A stretch of DNA of 64,000 bases from the NCBI GenBank assembly GCA_964035545.1, contig OZ037765.1, positions 32,115,504 through 32,179,503 of the forward strand. Direction: 5' to 3'. Position numbers and translations under genes: made by a program. The notes under the pieces are model-generated. The model saw only the letters and a list, made by a program, of their open reading frames with translations, made no database searches and was not told where the DNA came from. The DNA comes from Bugula neritina. Its lineage: Eukaryota > Animalia > Bryozoa. Of the stretch, positions 19,586-34,500 are shown one piece after another; within the stretch, counting starts at the first letter, position 1; every line of letters starts with the position of its first letter.

Positions 19586-22500
19586 TTACACCTTGTCATG
19601 GGAAATCTCTTCTTGCTCCACTTGCACAGCAAGGCTTTTAGTTGATTCTAGAATAGAACACAAGTTATTAATAGAAATCTCTGCTATTATTCTTCAGTTA
19701 TACATGTACCAGCATATCTCTATACACACTAGTATAGCTCTAGGTACAGCATTCAAGATGAAACATGAAAGATGAGAAAATTCATGATGATAATGGTAGC
19801 AAGAAATAGAGCATTCATAAGTTAGTTTAGGTTGACACAATTTACCAGTAACAGCAGTGTGTGTGTTGGACATACAATAGATATTCTATCTTCAACAAAC
19901 TTACTTGGTTTGGAGTTCATCTGTTTCTTTCGCTGAGACTTAGGATACGGTTTCCTAGGCACAAACACCACACTGCTGTCTGTACTGTAGCCATTGTATG
20001 GACTAGAAGATCGAATAGGAAGCTGCTGAGCTCGCTGTCGACGCTTTTGCCGCTGTCGACCTGCAACACAAACATACATCACTTTTACTACATTTACTAC
20101 ATGTACTACTACTACTAGTACTACTACTACTACTACTAGTAGTACTAGTACTACTACTGATACTACTACTGATACTACTACTACTACTACTAGTACTGCT
20201 GCTATTACTGCTACTGCTGCTACTTTTACTACATGTACTACTACTACTACTACTAGTACTACTACTACTACTACTACTGCTACTACTAGTACTACTACTA
20301 CTACTACTACTACTACTAGTACTACTACTAGTACTACTACTACTAGTACTACTACTAATACTACTACTAATACTACTACTCACCAGATTTGCTGTCTTCA
20401 CTTCCTGAACGAGACTGGGCCGCAGCCTCCACAGAGCTAGCTGCTGATCCTTGTTCTCCAGCTAACATCGGGGTCTCCTCTTGCCCCTCCCCACCTTCTT
20501 CTTCCTCTTCCTGTTCACCTGTAACAGTTCAGAGAGTTGTATGACACAAAATCACCACAAAACAGACAACGAGAACTGACCAAATAGCATACGTAACACA
20601 GTACCTGCGCGAGACATTACCTGCGTGCTGGAGGTGATGCTGAAGGTTGTGGGCGTGGTTAGGGTCCCATATCATGGACCAGTGCTGGTCTCCCCAAGGC
20701 TCGTCATACTCTGTGTGTTCTGCACAGGACATGCACAGCTCCTGGGACTGCTCGGAGGAGGGGAGAGAGTGGTGTCTGCCGGCGAGAGACCCCTGGGAGT
20801 TGGTGTGAGCCAGAAGGGTGGCCTGCAGGTGGGCGGGCACCGAGTGCGGGTGGTGCTGCATAGTGTGGTGCGAAGTGATTGGCTGCGGGCTCCTCGTCTG
20901 CTGCAGAGAGCGAGGAACTCCGCCGTATAGACTGTGGTCCACGGCACACTCAAAGTGAGGCTCAGCGTAGTCATGTGAGTCACTGCTGTGGCCGTGCGGC
21001 GAGCAGACGTTATACGGCTGGAAAGGATGTCCGCAGTCACCTCTTGGCATGCTGGGATACGTAGTCTGATATTCGTTATTAGCAGCGTACGAGTGCATGT
21101 ACGGCAGGCTAGGGTTATATATACGACCTTGATTATCCAACATGTACTGCTGAGGGGGGCGCCCGGTACCCGTCCCGACTCCCGGGGTATTGTGGTGGTA
21201 GCCTCGGTGACATGTGTTACAGTGAGCCGGGCCCATCCTTGGCATCGTGCCAAGTGTAGGTCGCATAGAGCCGAGAGACGGAGCGTGGTGTCTCAGGAGA
21301 GGTTGGTGCGTGACGCCCTGAGGCGGAGGATATAACGGTGGTGGAGGTAACATGTCATTAAATGAAGGGAGTACGGGTGGTGATGCACGCTCCCCGCTGC
21401 TGTTACTGATAGCCCCAGTTCTGCCGGCGTTATTGTCTGTGCAGCTCGACTCGCTGCCGTGATGCAGCATGTTGACGTTGAGTGTGGCGTGAGGACTCTC
21501 CTTCGGTATTGCCGTCTCATCCTACAGAAGATAATATACCTGGATATGTACAATACAGAGGACAGCGTGCTGACTGTAGCCTTAGGAACACTTGACCACA
21601 TTGATAAGCAGAATCTAATCACCAAACACACCCGCACTAACACAGAGTAAAGTATAGAGGAACCCAAACTAAAGGAATGAATAAGTCAACTTCAAAGCTT
21701 AGAATATAACACTCAATACACATTGAAATGGCAGACAGCTCGATGACTCATATCACTTGTAAATCTCCTAATTTCAAGATATGCTGCATATAATATGGCA
21801 ATACTGACCCTATCAGGCATATTGTTCAGTATCATAGTTGTAGCGTAAGGTCCAGATGACATTGTGTCAGCCTTGTTATAAAATGCCTTCATTTCCGCCT
21901 CATCGTAGTTGTCCATGTTGTGCTGCGCTTCGCTAAAGCTAGCCTGAAATCTCATGTTAGCCTCAGCTCCGGGTGGCGACATCGACTGCGGGTGGCCGAC
22001 TGATGGGTGATGTGAATCTGAAAAAAATAGCCTCCACAGCTTATACATACAATTATAGAAACTAGACACTGGTGATTGAAAGAGAAAATAAGGAATTATC
22101 CCCACACTGTGTTGAAAGTTTTTCAAATCAAATATTGGTAGCTTGATTATTCAGAGTTCCCTTAGATTTTAAGAAAACATACAAATTAAGAGAAAAAAAC
22201 TGTCAAACGATGCAATTTTCCAGTAATTCCAGTTCGCCACATTGCTAGATGAAATCAACATGGCGGGCAGAAACAACATACACAGTGTGACCAAGCAATA
22301 CCGCGTGTACATCAGAGAGATGCGTGTGCACTAAAGTAACTCACTTTGACGGTGGTCAAGTTGGTACTGTACAAAGAGGCCATTTGAGGTGGCTGGTTCA
22401 AGTGGAACTGCAAGCAAAGAATCTCAGTGCTAACATAAATCATGCAGAAGCTACATGCTGTCGCTGCCCAGTAACAGACAGAATATACGTTCTTAGCAGA

Positions 22501-25500
22501 GTAAATGATAACACAGTCATGCAAAACACAAAGAAACGGTGAAGCAATGATTGAGTTTTCTTAATGAACTTGATACACAAACTCTTCTATCTCAAGTCCT
22601 TAAGTCACTTCCAATTTGCAGTAAATTTCAGTCACAAAAATCAAAAAGTTGAAACAAAGAGCTTTACAACAGACTTGGCGCATAGACGGTGACAGGACAG
22701 CGTGACGGTGGTTTACCTGTGACGATGTCTCCGTCCACCGACTCTTTGGTAGCTTTCAGGTGAGCCCGGTGTCTTCTGCACATGCATATAATGATAATAC
22801 AGATAGTGACCCACAGGAGTCCCCCCAGACCCCCTATCAGGGCGTGTTTCCACAGTGTCTCAGTGTCTTTTTGAGCTGCCACTAAAACAGAATGACATAA
22901 AGATTACAGTCATGCCAGAGGGAATTAATATGAGTTGTCCACTCTTTGTAATAATGCCATCATAAGAAAACTGCATTATATTACAATAATATTATAACTA
23001 TGATATATTGTGATAGAGAGAATGTGATGGTATATTAGGAAAGTTGCCAAGTTAGAAGCATAAATTCTTATCTCTTATTAGCATAAGTTTAGTTACGATT
23101 ATCACAACAAGTTAACATTCCTATTTCATAGTGAAAAAGAAGTAAAATATTAATTTTTAATTCATTGAGTGACCTTATTATAGCAGCAGATGCCATATTG
23201 TAGCAGACGGGATGATCTTTTAGGAAGTTCAGACACCGCCCAGTGATAAAACCAAACCCTCAAATACGTCACACAAAAAACACACTAAAAACATGAAAAC
23301 TCACGCTTTGCGTCGAGAGACCACATGGTGCTGGTAGGACCAACGCCGGCTCGCGTGGAGGCAGCCACCCCTATCCTATACACTGTGTTTCTGTTGAGGT
23401 TCTCTAAGGCTACATTCGTTATGTTAGCAAACACAGGAAAATCTCTGCTCAACTGCGGGTCCTCAGCTTTGCACACAATCTGTAAAAATAGAACTCAAGC
23501 TATTTTGTTTCAGAATTTGGAGTTGTCTTACCGTAGACAATGTTTAGCTTAAGGAGTATAAATGCCTGTTAGTTCCAGTTAATGCCACCAAATACATAAT
23601 ACTGCTCCTCTATTTCATTAATAACGAGACGAATACTCATTACCGACAGACCAATCACGAGTTTCATGAGACAGACTGGCATAGAATGACACGAAACTCG
23701 AGCAACTCACCACATAGCCTGTGATCACACCGTTCTGGTGGCTTAGTTTAGGAGGATCCCAGCTAACTTGAACAGTGTTGGCATCTATCTCTTTGACCTT
23801 GACTGAGAGGGGAGGTCCAGAGGGCACTGTAATGATTACAGTATATATTACATGTAATATGTATTTCACATTATGTTACAAGATGTACTACATAACATAT
23901 TACAAGTTATATCATATAAAATATTACATAGTATATTACATATTATATTACAAGTTATATCATATAAAATATCACATAATATATTACATATTATATTACA
24001 AGTTACATCACATAATATATGTGACCTGGCACCACAAAACAAGGGATGTAGATGAAATATTGAAAACCTAGTTATTACTATGGAGTGATAGAGCAGACTT
24101 TCTCAAACATTTTGCACTTTATTTGAAGTCTCTAGCATAAATAGAACTCGAGATATCAGTATTTGAAAACTTTAACGTTTTTAGAATTTCTAAATTACTG
24201 TTTCGAGAAAATCGCGTTTAAAGTTGGCAACTCTAGAATAAGTTGAGAATTATTTGTTTACAATTTACAAGCCTTAGCAACGGGTCTTTGTATAGAAGAA
24301 ATAGTGACAAATTTGGTATCAAAATAATTGTGAAAGTTTGGGCTTTCTGTTAAACTAAATTTCATGCTGCCTCAACATAAAATTAGGTCAAATATGGCCG
24401 CCAAACTTTTTGTCTAATTTATTTGTCAATTCGCTTTTTACTTTGTTTAATGGTTGAAAGGTTTAACAATTCTAGCAAAGAAGAGGATGTTTCAGCAAGT
24501 TTGTGTGTTGAGATATTAAAATTAAGCATCCAAGTCAGCAGGAAGTGATATAAAACAAAATGGCAGCTGCTTCCTCTTATACATTGAATATCTCCCTTTC
24601 CTCTAATATATCGTGTAATATATCAAACTGCAGCTATTGAGCTGTGCTGTTTCATAATTATTGCTTAAACATCGTAAGCATCCAGGTTATTTTGATAAAA
24701 TCAATTACTGTTAATTAAAAGATCATACTTTTTTAGTAGCATTCACAAAATATATACAAAAAATCTCAACTCAATATACCAGAAAAAATGAATTAAAATA
24801 TATGTGTTAATAGCACTGATATTGACGTGACCGTGGCACATGAAAAATCTGAAAAAAGAGTTGTCTTCTTTTTTTCTATATTAATATATAGAGCTTGTCG
24901 TGAAAATAAAGATTTTTTTAAAAAAATATTGTGACCCTCTGGTAACTTCCTGAATTTAGAAAATTAGCTCATATATTTCTTTTCATGTGGACAACAGCTC
25001 ACTTTTTTTTAATTTATTTTGAAGCTCTTTTCGTAAAAAATAATCAAAAGTAAAAAATCCAAAATTTTTACAAATTGGTTCGGGGCTTGACGTGAAAGGC
25101 ATTTGGACGAAGATGTCAAGGTCACCATTAATAAATTTATTTCATCACAATTCACAATACTGCACGGAAAGTTAATGAAGTGAGCTGAAAATTAGGTTGC
25201 TAGCATATTGATATACATTATATTGATTGTTGCAGTATTATTTTTTAAATTTGTTTTGTTATCAGTTATGTTTAACTTCTTCATAGAGCTGCTGTTAGAC
25301 TAAGAGTAAGACATAATATTAGCAACAATGATAATAATAATATTTATATTAAATTAAAATTATTATTAAATTCACGGTGAAGTATCACTATCACTATGAG
25401 TATGAGTATCGTATAAATTAATTATGAGTATGAGTATCACTATGACATTTACTCAATCAATGATTGACTATTACTATGAATATGGCTTCTAATTCTTGTA

Positions 25501-28500
25501 ACTTTTGACTATGACGATGCTGATAAGTGATACTCATACTGATAGTGATAATCACTGCCAGCCCAAGTCTCATACTCATAGTGATACTATTAGTATTAAT
25601 AATTAGTATTACTATTAGTACAACTACTAGTATTACTCATAGTTCTGATAATGATGCAGATGATAGTTTTAAAAGTTCTACTTCTACTTTTATAGTAAGC
25701 TAGATTGTATATGTTGAGCTCTACTCATTTTTTACTACTAATTTGCTAATACTAATAGTAATACTAATAATAGTTATAGTTGTTATAATGATAGTAATAC
25801 TAATAGTAATAATAACTATTTCAATTTGATAATTTATGTTTTATAACAGCATTATCGCTTATCATTTACATTGGTTCATAATATGCTTATTTTAATTTTG
25901 CTTTGTGTGTTTTGTCATGTTGTAAATTTAAGTTCGTATGGTTATTTAATGAACTAGAGAACTAGCCAAATGTTATGTAACGGTTGCAGTAATTTACTAT
26001 AAACTCAGTGAAATTTAAAACCTAATTGATATTACTATGACATTGATTGTACAGAGGTAGCTAAAATATACATTAAATTACCAATAATTTTAATTTGCCA
26101 ATACACTATGAGTAGAACAATCAAATGCAATGATAGAAAATTAATTAGTCATAGCAGCCCGTTGCTTGAGGAACATTGAGCTACAGGTCTAAAATGATGT
26201 AGTTTTGTGATCCCTTATATAACAAAATAATTTTTTCAAACTGGTTTAATACTTTTATTATAAACACGCTTATCAAAGTAACATGTTTTTGATGTATATT
26301 CTATTAAAAAAGCAATCACATCAGGTTTTCAATTTGTATGTTGTACAAAGTTTATTATGGTGACAAGTTACTAAATTATATGGTTCAGCTTTGTAAAGTA
26401 AAGCTGATAAAATAAAAACAATTATGTGATTGTTTTACTGCTATATATTAAATTTAAATGAGTTGAATAATATCCTAGTGCAGTGAATTAGATATTTTTT
26501 TAGCTTTGGTACACCTGTTTGTTATAGGCTAACATTCCACCAATAGAAGAATGGTGCAAGTAGAAGAAATTTCAGGCGCAGAAAGCTAAGGAGCAGTCAG
26601 AATGCTGCCAGAGTTGTGAAGAGGCACTTGAAAAAGCTGAATTTTAATAATGACATGAAATTCGTAACAGATCACCCTGGTGTATTTGAACTGACATGGC
26701 CAGCAGAGTTCTCGAAGTCACATACAACAGCTATTTACATCATCATGGTTAGCTTAAATTTAATTCCTATATCAGTCTCTAATATATAGTTTGATATCTG
26801 CTGTAAATTTGCTTAAGGAGCATACACATAACCAAAACTGAGTTACACTATAGTATTTGTTCTTGAATATATTTACCAAGATAAGTAGATTTGCTAATTC
26901 ATTAACAGTAAAATTATAATGATACAACAATTTTTCTTTTAGATGATTCAATCAATAACACAAGACACTACAACATGGTTTTGCAGTTATAGAGTATTAA
27001 TTTTCTGGCTCTTTCCAAATCTTCATAGAAGGCAAAGAAAACCACTGTCAGCTTGCCTTTATAACTAAGTGCACGCGTCTTCCACCTACAGATGATGATA
27101 AACAATTTGCTGGTGTGGAACTTTCTAATTTTGTTCACAATGAAGATAGATTATAGGACATTATTCTTTATGTAAAGATTGTCAAGTTTTGTTATAATTA
27201 AGAACAGTTTTAGTTTCAATAAATCGGTTCAACATTATGGACATCATTGCACAAGCATTTTAATCTTTACTATCTACAAAGGTATCTGATGGACTACTTG
27301 AAAATACAAAACTATGCTCCAGATACACAATGAACTGACCAGCAAAGTTAAAATGAGTTGGAGATGTAGAACATAATATCTTGTTCAAGGCTTTTCCCTG
27401 CTGTTGGAACCTTCTACTTCAGAACACTGAATTGAACAAATGTATGAAACTTTGCAAACAATAATAATGTGAAATTAGTTGCTAAGTATTACATTGCTAA
27501 TAAATACAGCATTGTGTAATGTTTTATTTAATTTTTTTTGAGCCATTTGATCTATAGGCCTGCATAGTATTTACTATATTATAACTAATAAATTGCAGAC
27601 ACATTATGTCAGACCAGTTTCCATTTAAATAGAATCGTGTAGGCTATCAAATTTGTAGAAGTAAAAAACCGAATTCTTATTGAGTAAAATACTTGCCTTT
27701 TTTTTCATGATGCCTCTACTGCTAAAAAGAGAAGTTTTTATCAATACAGCTCCATCAATCTGTATCCTGATGAAGCTAGTAGTTTAGGAACATTTGTGGC
27801 GGGGAGTGTAGGCTGAGCTGCAGTATAGGAAGAACCCCAACATATGTAATCTATTCAGCGCATTATATGTATATTTATTCAAAAAAGAATTTAGAAAATG
27901 CTTTATGAAGCATGAACAAAGTAAAAATTAATGCTAGTGAAAGTAATATTATTACACCCATTAGAATTACTAGCAGCTATAGCATTAAAATTATGTACTT
28001 TCATAAAAATGTGTCTAATTTATGCTACAAAGTTATTACTGCCAAAGGTTACAAAATTTACCAGTCACATTCATGCAGCTGGCGGAGAATAACTAACTTT
28101 CACATGCAATAAATACAATTAGTAGCTCAATCTAAAACTAATGCGCTATTAAATGTTAGGAGTATAAGTTATAGTTATTCTAAGGAATAATTGCAAAAAA
28201 GGAATTTAACTCTTATTATAATGTAATTATCTTCCAAGATATATTACAACATCACTACTTGGATGCATACAATGTCATATTTATATTGGCATCAACATAA
28301 TTTTCAATAATTTCCAATCTATTAACTTGAGCATTATGATTGTGATTATTTTATAAATAAGGCGATGATTAGGCACTGTTGGTATTTTGGTTCAATTTAT
28401 TAATGGCTGTAACAGGCAGAGTTGTAAATATAATGGATATATCAAAATTCCAATGGGTATAGTACTCTAACACAACATTGATACTAATAATTGTAGCCAC

Positions 28501-31500
28501 TTACTCTTAGAGTTAGTGAATAATGATACAGTCATAACAATCTGAATTTCAATCAGCATTAGAGATAGGCTGACTGCTTTATAATATTATAGTTATGTCA
28601 AATTGAATTTATTCACTATAACTATAAAATTTATGATTATAATTATAAATTAAAATAATTTAAATATTATATAATATATTGATAATTATTGGAATCATAA
28701 TTATATTTATTGTTATGATCATTATGATTATAATTATTTAATATTATCTTTGTTTGTATTTAAAGTTGTTCCTTAAATTTAAAGTTGTTTAAGTTTTATA
28801 AATTTATTATAATTATATTACTGTATAAGTATTGCTATTAGTATTAGTATAATTAAATTATTATAATTTATATTTTATTATTTATATTATTATTTATTTT
28901 ACTTTTTATTTTAAGACCAGCAGTTCAAATTAATACTTGTGTCGTTTGTTTTATATTATAACTTACAAGTATAACTATTAACATAATAATTTTACATTTG
29001 TTATTAGTATTACTATGAATATAAATATTTATATTAATATAAATATAGCTATTGGTATAACTTATACTTATAGTTATAACTAATATTATAAGTATTAGTT
29101 TCGAAACTGATTCTGCTCCGTAACATTAACATACTGATACTGTCATATGATTATCATTATGACTGATAATAGTATTAATAAATATAACCATTGAATATTA
29201 TTAATAATAGTTCACCAATAGGCGACAGTCATAGACTTAGAGTTAGAGTGAGAGTCATAGACATAGTGATAGACTAGTGATACTCATAGTCATACTGATA
29301 CTGTGATTCAGTTTCACTGATTCAGTTACAAATTTTAAAACTTGGTTTTACGTAGACAACTACTAACCTATAATTCATCACAAAACGGTTGAAAATCATC
29401 ATTTACTGCATATTTAAGAGTAATTTTCTGGTAGTGTGGTCGACATGATAATTGAAATTAAAATAGGGAAAATAATTATTTTGTGATTTACAGCAAGTTA
29501 CAAACTAGCGAAATGGAATAGTCCATTTGAAAACAGTCAAATTAGTTACCTTTCTTGATGTTGCGTAGCTAACGTTAGTTATTAGTAGCCGCCCGAAGAG
29601 TAACATTCATGTGATTTGAACTACGAATAACGAGAATCTGTGACAAACCCGCTTCTTAATAACTTTACGCGATATAAACTCACGCTACAATAGGGCTATT
29701 TTGCCATCCCCACGTCAGAATAGGACACGGAGGGCACGCTCGCGGGCAAGTCTGGGCAAGTCCAAGACACCTAATATGACCACTTTTACTTACATTTTTG
29801 TAGTGTTTTCGTATAAGAAATTGGATAAAATGCCGATAAAACAGTTGAAAAGCATGCAAACTTTTGCTCAAATGTAATAAATAACCTGGAAGCTTACCGC
29901 CTTTAATGAATAGAACACTTATAAGAAAATTATTTGACTACTATGAGATCATGCGAGGTTCATTTATAAATATCTTTATAATCTCTAACAGCTACTAAAT
30001 TTAGCAATTGATTTGGCTGAGATGTTCATGTTGAAAATATAAACATAAAATCAGCTATTTGAACTTTTGAGTTTTATTAGGCAATAATATTCACATTTAA
30101 AACACCAAATACATTATTTTAAAAAACCAATTAAATGCAGTAAAAAATCCAGCCTGGATACAACCATTATGCTTGAATTAACTCTTATCAAGAAAAGAAA
30201 ATTAGGTAGCTTCTACGGTTGTTGCAAAGAAGGCACTTATCATCTTTCTACTTCCTAGGTCTTCATAATATGAGTTTACGAAGTATGGACACATAACATC
30301 ATGTATGTGGCAAAAGCTTCATCACTATCATCAGCTGATTTTCTAGCAATTATAGATGCTGCTACTTGACATCCATTCTGCCAATCTACCCATCTATTGT
30401 CTATTCCAGAGCTGCAAGTACAATGTTGACTTTTTTTAAATAACAAAAGGAAACAGTAGCTTGATTAGAAATTATACCCAGTTATATTATAAAAATTTAG
30501 TTGGCTAAACACTCTTGTGGTACTATTATGGCAGCAGTTAATTGTGATCCTGCATTTCATCAACGTTTAAATTTATTGAATTAAACAGAACAATTTAAAT
30601 TAAAAAAATTCTTGATAATTTTCAAGCACATCATTAAAAGACTGCAAACCTTTTTATGAATGAAATAAGCAGAAGCCATAACCTTGCAAGCCAAAATCCG
30701 GAGTGTCTACATTAGAAGTATTAGATTGAAAGGGAGTAGAGTTGTGTAGGTATAAGTCTTCACTCTAATGCCCTCACAAGTCCACTTTCTGAAATGTACA
30801 GAATATCGGATTATTCTATATTAACATAATATTATCAGTAAAATTACACATTATGCACTTGAATATCTAGCATATCTGCAATTGGCAATTTTGAAGCAAT
30901 GTCTTTAGATAACTATTAACCACTCAGGCATTTAATAGAGTAAAAAAGCTAGCTAAGTGCAACTGAATCTATTAAAAACATTTACTATAAAATCAATTTG
31001 AATTCAATAAATTACTTTAAAATATGAATAAATATTTGCTCATCTTATAATAAAATTAAAAAGTTTAGACTATTTATGCATTCAGTTAGTGTTACTACTC
31101 ACTAAATAAAGACTAAAAGTAACTCACTGAAAAACCAAGTCAGTCAACTATAGAATCATCATGAACTCGCATTAATATTTCATCATTATACTCGTTTACA
31201 TTTAGTTACATTTATCATTTCAATTTGGTTAGGCTATAGGTGATGCTTTTATCAATATGAATATGATTATCAATTGAGTTTTGACAGTAACACTAACTGT
31301 AAGCCTGCATAATGTGATAAAGATTTTATCATTATATTTTAAATCAAACTTTGAGCTAATTTAAAAATCACAAAAGGAAGCGGTAGTTTGACTAGTATTA
31401 GTAGGCCTAATATTAATACTAATAGTAATAGTAATCAGTAACTGTATTGACAAAATCTAAGACAGAGGCTAAAAGTTACTAAGACTAAGAGTAAGTCTAA

Positions 31501-34500
31501 TGTAAATTGAAATATTAACTATAGAATAAATCAATAAATATAATACCATCAGTATGAGTATCAAGTTTTAAGAGCAAAGGCGAAACTCAGAGTCAGACTC
31601 AAATACTAATACAGTAATACTAATAGTAATAGTGAATTTATAATTATTAATTACTTATAGTAATAGTTATACTATACTTTTAATATTAATACTAATAGTA
31701 TTAGTATTAATATTAAAAATTTAATGAGCTACATTTGGTTTTACTACCAAATACCAGTATCAGTAAAACATGAATAATATTCATTATGATTATCATTATG
31801 AGTAACCGTACCTCAAACTGTGAGTCATTGTGAGAGTCATTTAAATAGTTACTAGTAGTAGTAGTAATATAGAATAGAATAGACTAACAGTAACTCTAAG
31901 ACATACTCCTACTCACCTAGTGATAGTATAAATATTATTATTAATAAATTGATAACTACAAATAATCCTGGCAACAATTCTAAGTTAGTAGCGTAAATGA
32001 TTGTTTTGAGTATAATTACCTGTATTGTTGTGGTTTTCAAGCTTGAACGCTAAAGATAAAGATTAAGTTTAGCATTTATCACTAAAGGGCAAAACAGCTC
32101 AGTAACTTAAAAGCTAACTTTGGATGGAACGCGATGAAAAACTAAAACTAGCCTTCGATTTTAAATATGATGCTTCTGACAATACGAAGAAAGAGGTGTA
32201 AGCTAAATTTATTTGATAAAAAATAAATTTAGAAGATCTCACGCTATGAAAATGACTAAAATTGTCTTCTTTCTTTAATTGATAACTTCGCAAATTTTTC
32301 ATCATTTAAAAAAATTGAACGCCATAGTTACCAACTTTAAATGCAATTTTAGAGCTGAAGGAATCATCAAATGTTTACGAAAGTATGATTTTTGAAATCC
32401 TTGGATTTTTTTGTATTAGAAAAGTCTAAAACCTAAAAATTGGAAACTAATTTCAAATTTAAGTATTTCCAAATTAAACCTTCATTTACTACACTTTATA
32501 AACGCCGCCACATCCCCGGTTTTGTCGCGACTGGTCACATATTACATGTTACGCTACAAGATATATGCAGCACACACTACATACCATCCTCTAGAGTTTC
32601 GAATATCCTGACGTTACTTGGAGGGGAAGTGAACTGTTGGTAGAAGGCCATGATAGTCACGTGGAATGAAGTATAGGGGCTGAGGTTGCTGACTATGTGG
32701 TAGGTAGACATGCTGCCGAATATCTTCTTGGCAGGTAGACCAGACACCCTCACCTGGTAGCCTTGAATCAGATGTGTGTTCCCGCTGAGTAGCTGTGTGC
32801 GAAGTGAGCAGATAGTATTACTAGCTTATAGCAAGTAGAATATCTCTATGTTACAATGTCACACGACGTCACAGTGTTACACAATGTCACAGTATTACAA
32901 TGTCACAGTACTACAATGTCACAACGTACCTTCCATGTCACATTGACGTCGCTGGAGGTAAGCACATCTACTCTGGTGAGGTTCAACTGGACCATGGCCA
33001 GTCCAGTTTCAAGGTCATCTGCTGACCAGGGTTGGGAGATGGTAGAGAGCTGGCCAGTAGTCTTGATGTAGTCTGAGATAGGGGAGGGCTCACTCACCCC
33101 GTAGGAGTTGTGCGCCCTCACTATCATCCGATATGACGTGCCTGGCTGTAGACCGGTTATCTCAAGCCACGTGTACCTTGTACCCTCACCCGCGACCTTC
33201 CACCCCTAAAATAGTACACAAATATGTATGGACCTCAAGCTAGCCTTGGTATAAAAGCTGAGATACCTGAACAGACAAATCTGATGGCATAGATGTAATA
33301 CTACAAGGTAATGACATAAAAGTCATACCGAATAAAATGGCCCCGTAACTTGAGGATGAAACTTTGCTAGCTGTTTGCTTCATCTTTCACAACATGTATA
33401 AATTCCTATTGGTTGAATTGAGTCAGCGATTATAATAATTTAAGAAGACAACTCCAGGTATGTTTCGAAAAAAAAATTTATGACCAGGAATTTCCAATAC
33501 AGTTGAGTAAGCAACTCCCACTCCAAGCAGTCATTTATAAAATTAGTAAAATAAATGTCAAAAAAACATTCATAAGATTGAAAACGGCTTTATATACTGA
33601 AAAGCCCACCATAGACGATACGTTAGATTAATTATAAACAAACGCCTGTTTCAAAACTACAGTAATATTTCAGTAAATGGTCTCAGCAAACCCCCTTTAG
33701 CACTGCAGGCCACACAATATATGACTTTCTATATAAACCAGTCTTCAAACATTACAATTTGGTTGAAAGAATTTTCAACCATGAACATTTCATAAAAGAC
33801 AAGTGGTCAACAATTAGCTTTCATTACCTCAAGTGTTCCAAGAGCTGTTTAATAGAGAACACGCTGAAGACAAACTTAAACTAAACTTAAAGAGTGCTAA
33901 TTATCAAGTTAACTTTCCACTGGCAAAGAGTACAAAGAATTTTCTCTTTTGTGCAAGATATTTAAACCAGCAAAAGATACGGAAGATTTGGGTTCGACTA
34001 TATTATAAGTATGCTGGTATAGACGCAGTATAGTTTATGACTAATGAAATCATATCTGCTAATGGAATGAGTATAATATACCAGAGGAGTGGAAGAGTAG
34101 ACCCAGCTAATAGAAAACATTGCCAAGCCTCCCTTGGGGCTGAGCTAATATTATTAACACTGGTTAAAACAGACTGTAAATATGATCAATTGGATTAGTA
34201 TTATATTTTACTAAGATGGACAGGTCTAGGCTAGCATTAGAGAGAAGGGAGGTAATTCCCACATCTCCAGCACTGATACTAGAATGCTTTGTATAAACCT
34301 TTTAAACCAAGGCTACTTACTATTTAGGATCTAAGGGAGAGAGGCTTTGTAATGTATATTCTCTTTTCATTATAATCAACACCAGAAACGTGTTGATTGA
34401 TAATTTCATTTCTTTTTAAAAACAAATTAATTTTTAAATTTTTTTAAAAAAAAAAATTTTTTATTAGGAAAAAAAACTTTCAGATACTTTAGAGATCGAG

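Larger units (their letters stand above)
24021..32538. mobile_element. ~8.5-kb decayed TIR DNA transposon (Kolobok-like coding remnants) in Robo intron, ATAT TSD
   Basis: Left end GTGACCTGGCACCACAAAACAAGGGATGT. Right end reverse complement GTGACCAGTCGCGACAAAACCGGGGATGT. ATAT on both flanks. Subterminal inverted motif AAAATCGCGTTTAAAGTTGGCAACT (~24208-24232) pairs with AGTTACCAACTTTAAATGCAATTTT (~32326-32350). Confidence 0.75.

Noticed and set aside
20625-21667. Several overlapping ORFs on both strands
   Set aside because: Shadow frames of the GC-rich Robo cytoplasmic exon.
32110-32190. THAP-like FHRVP motif on the minus strand near the transposon end
   Set aside because: Too short and stop-interrupted to call; only consistent with the transposase hypothesis.
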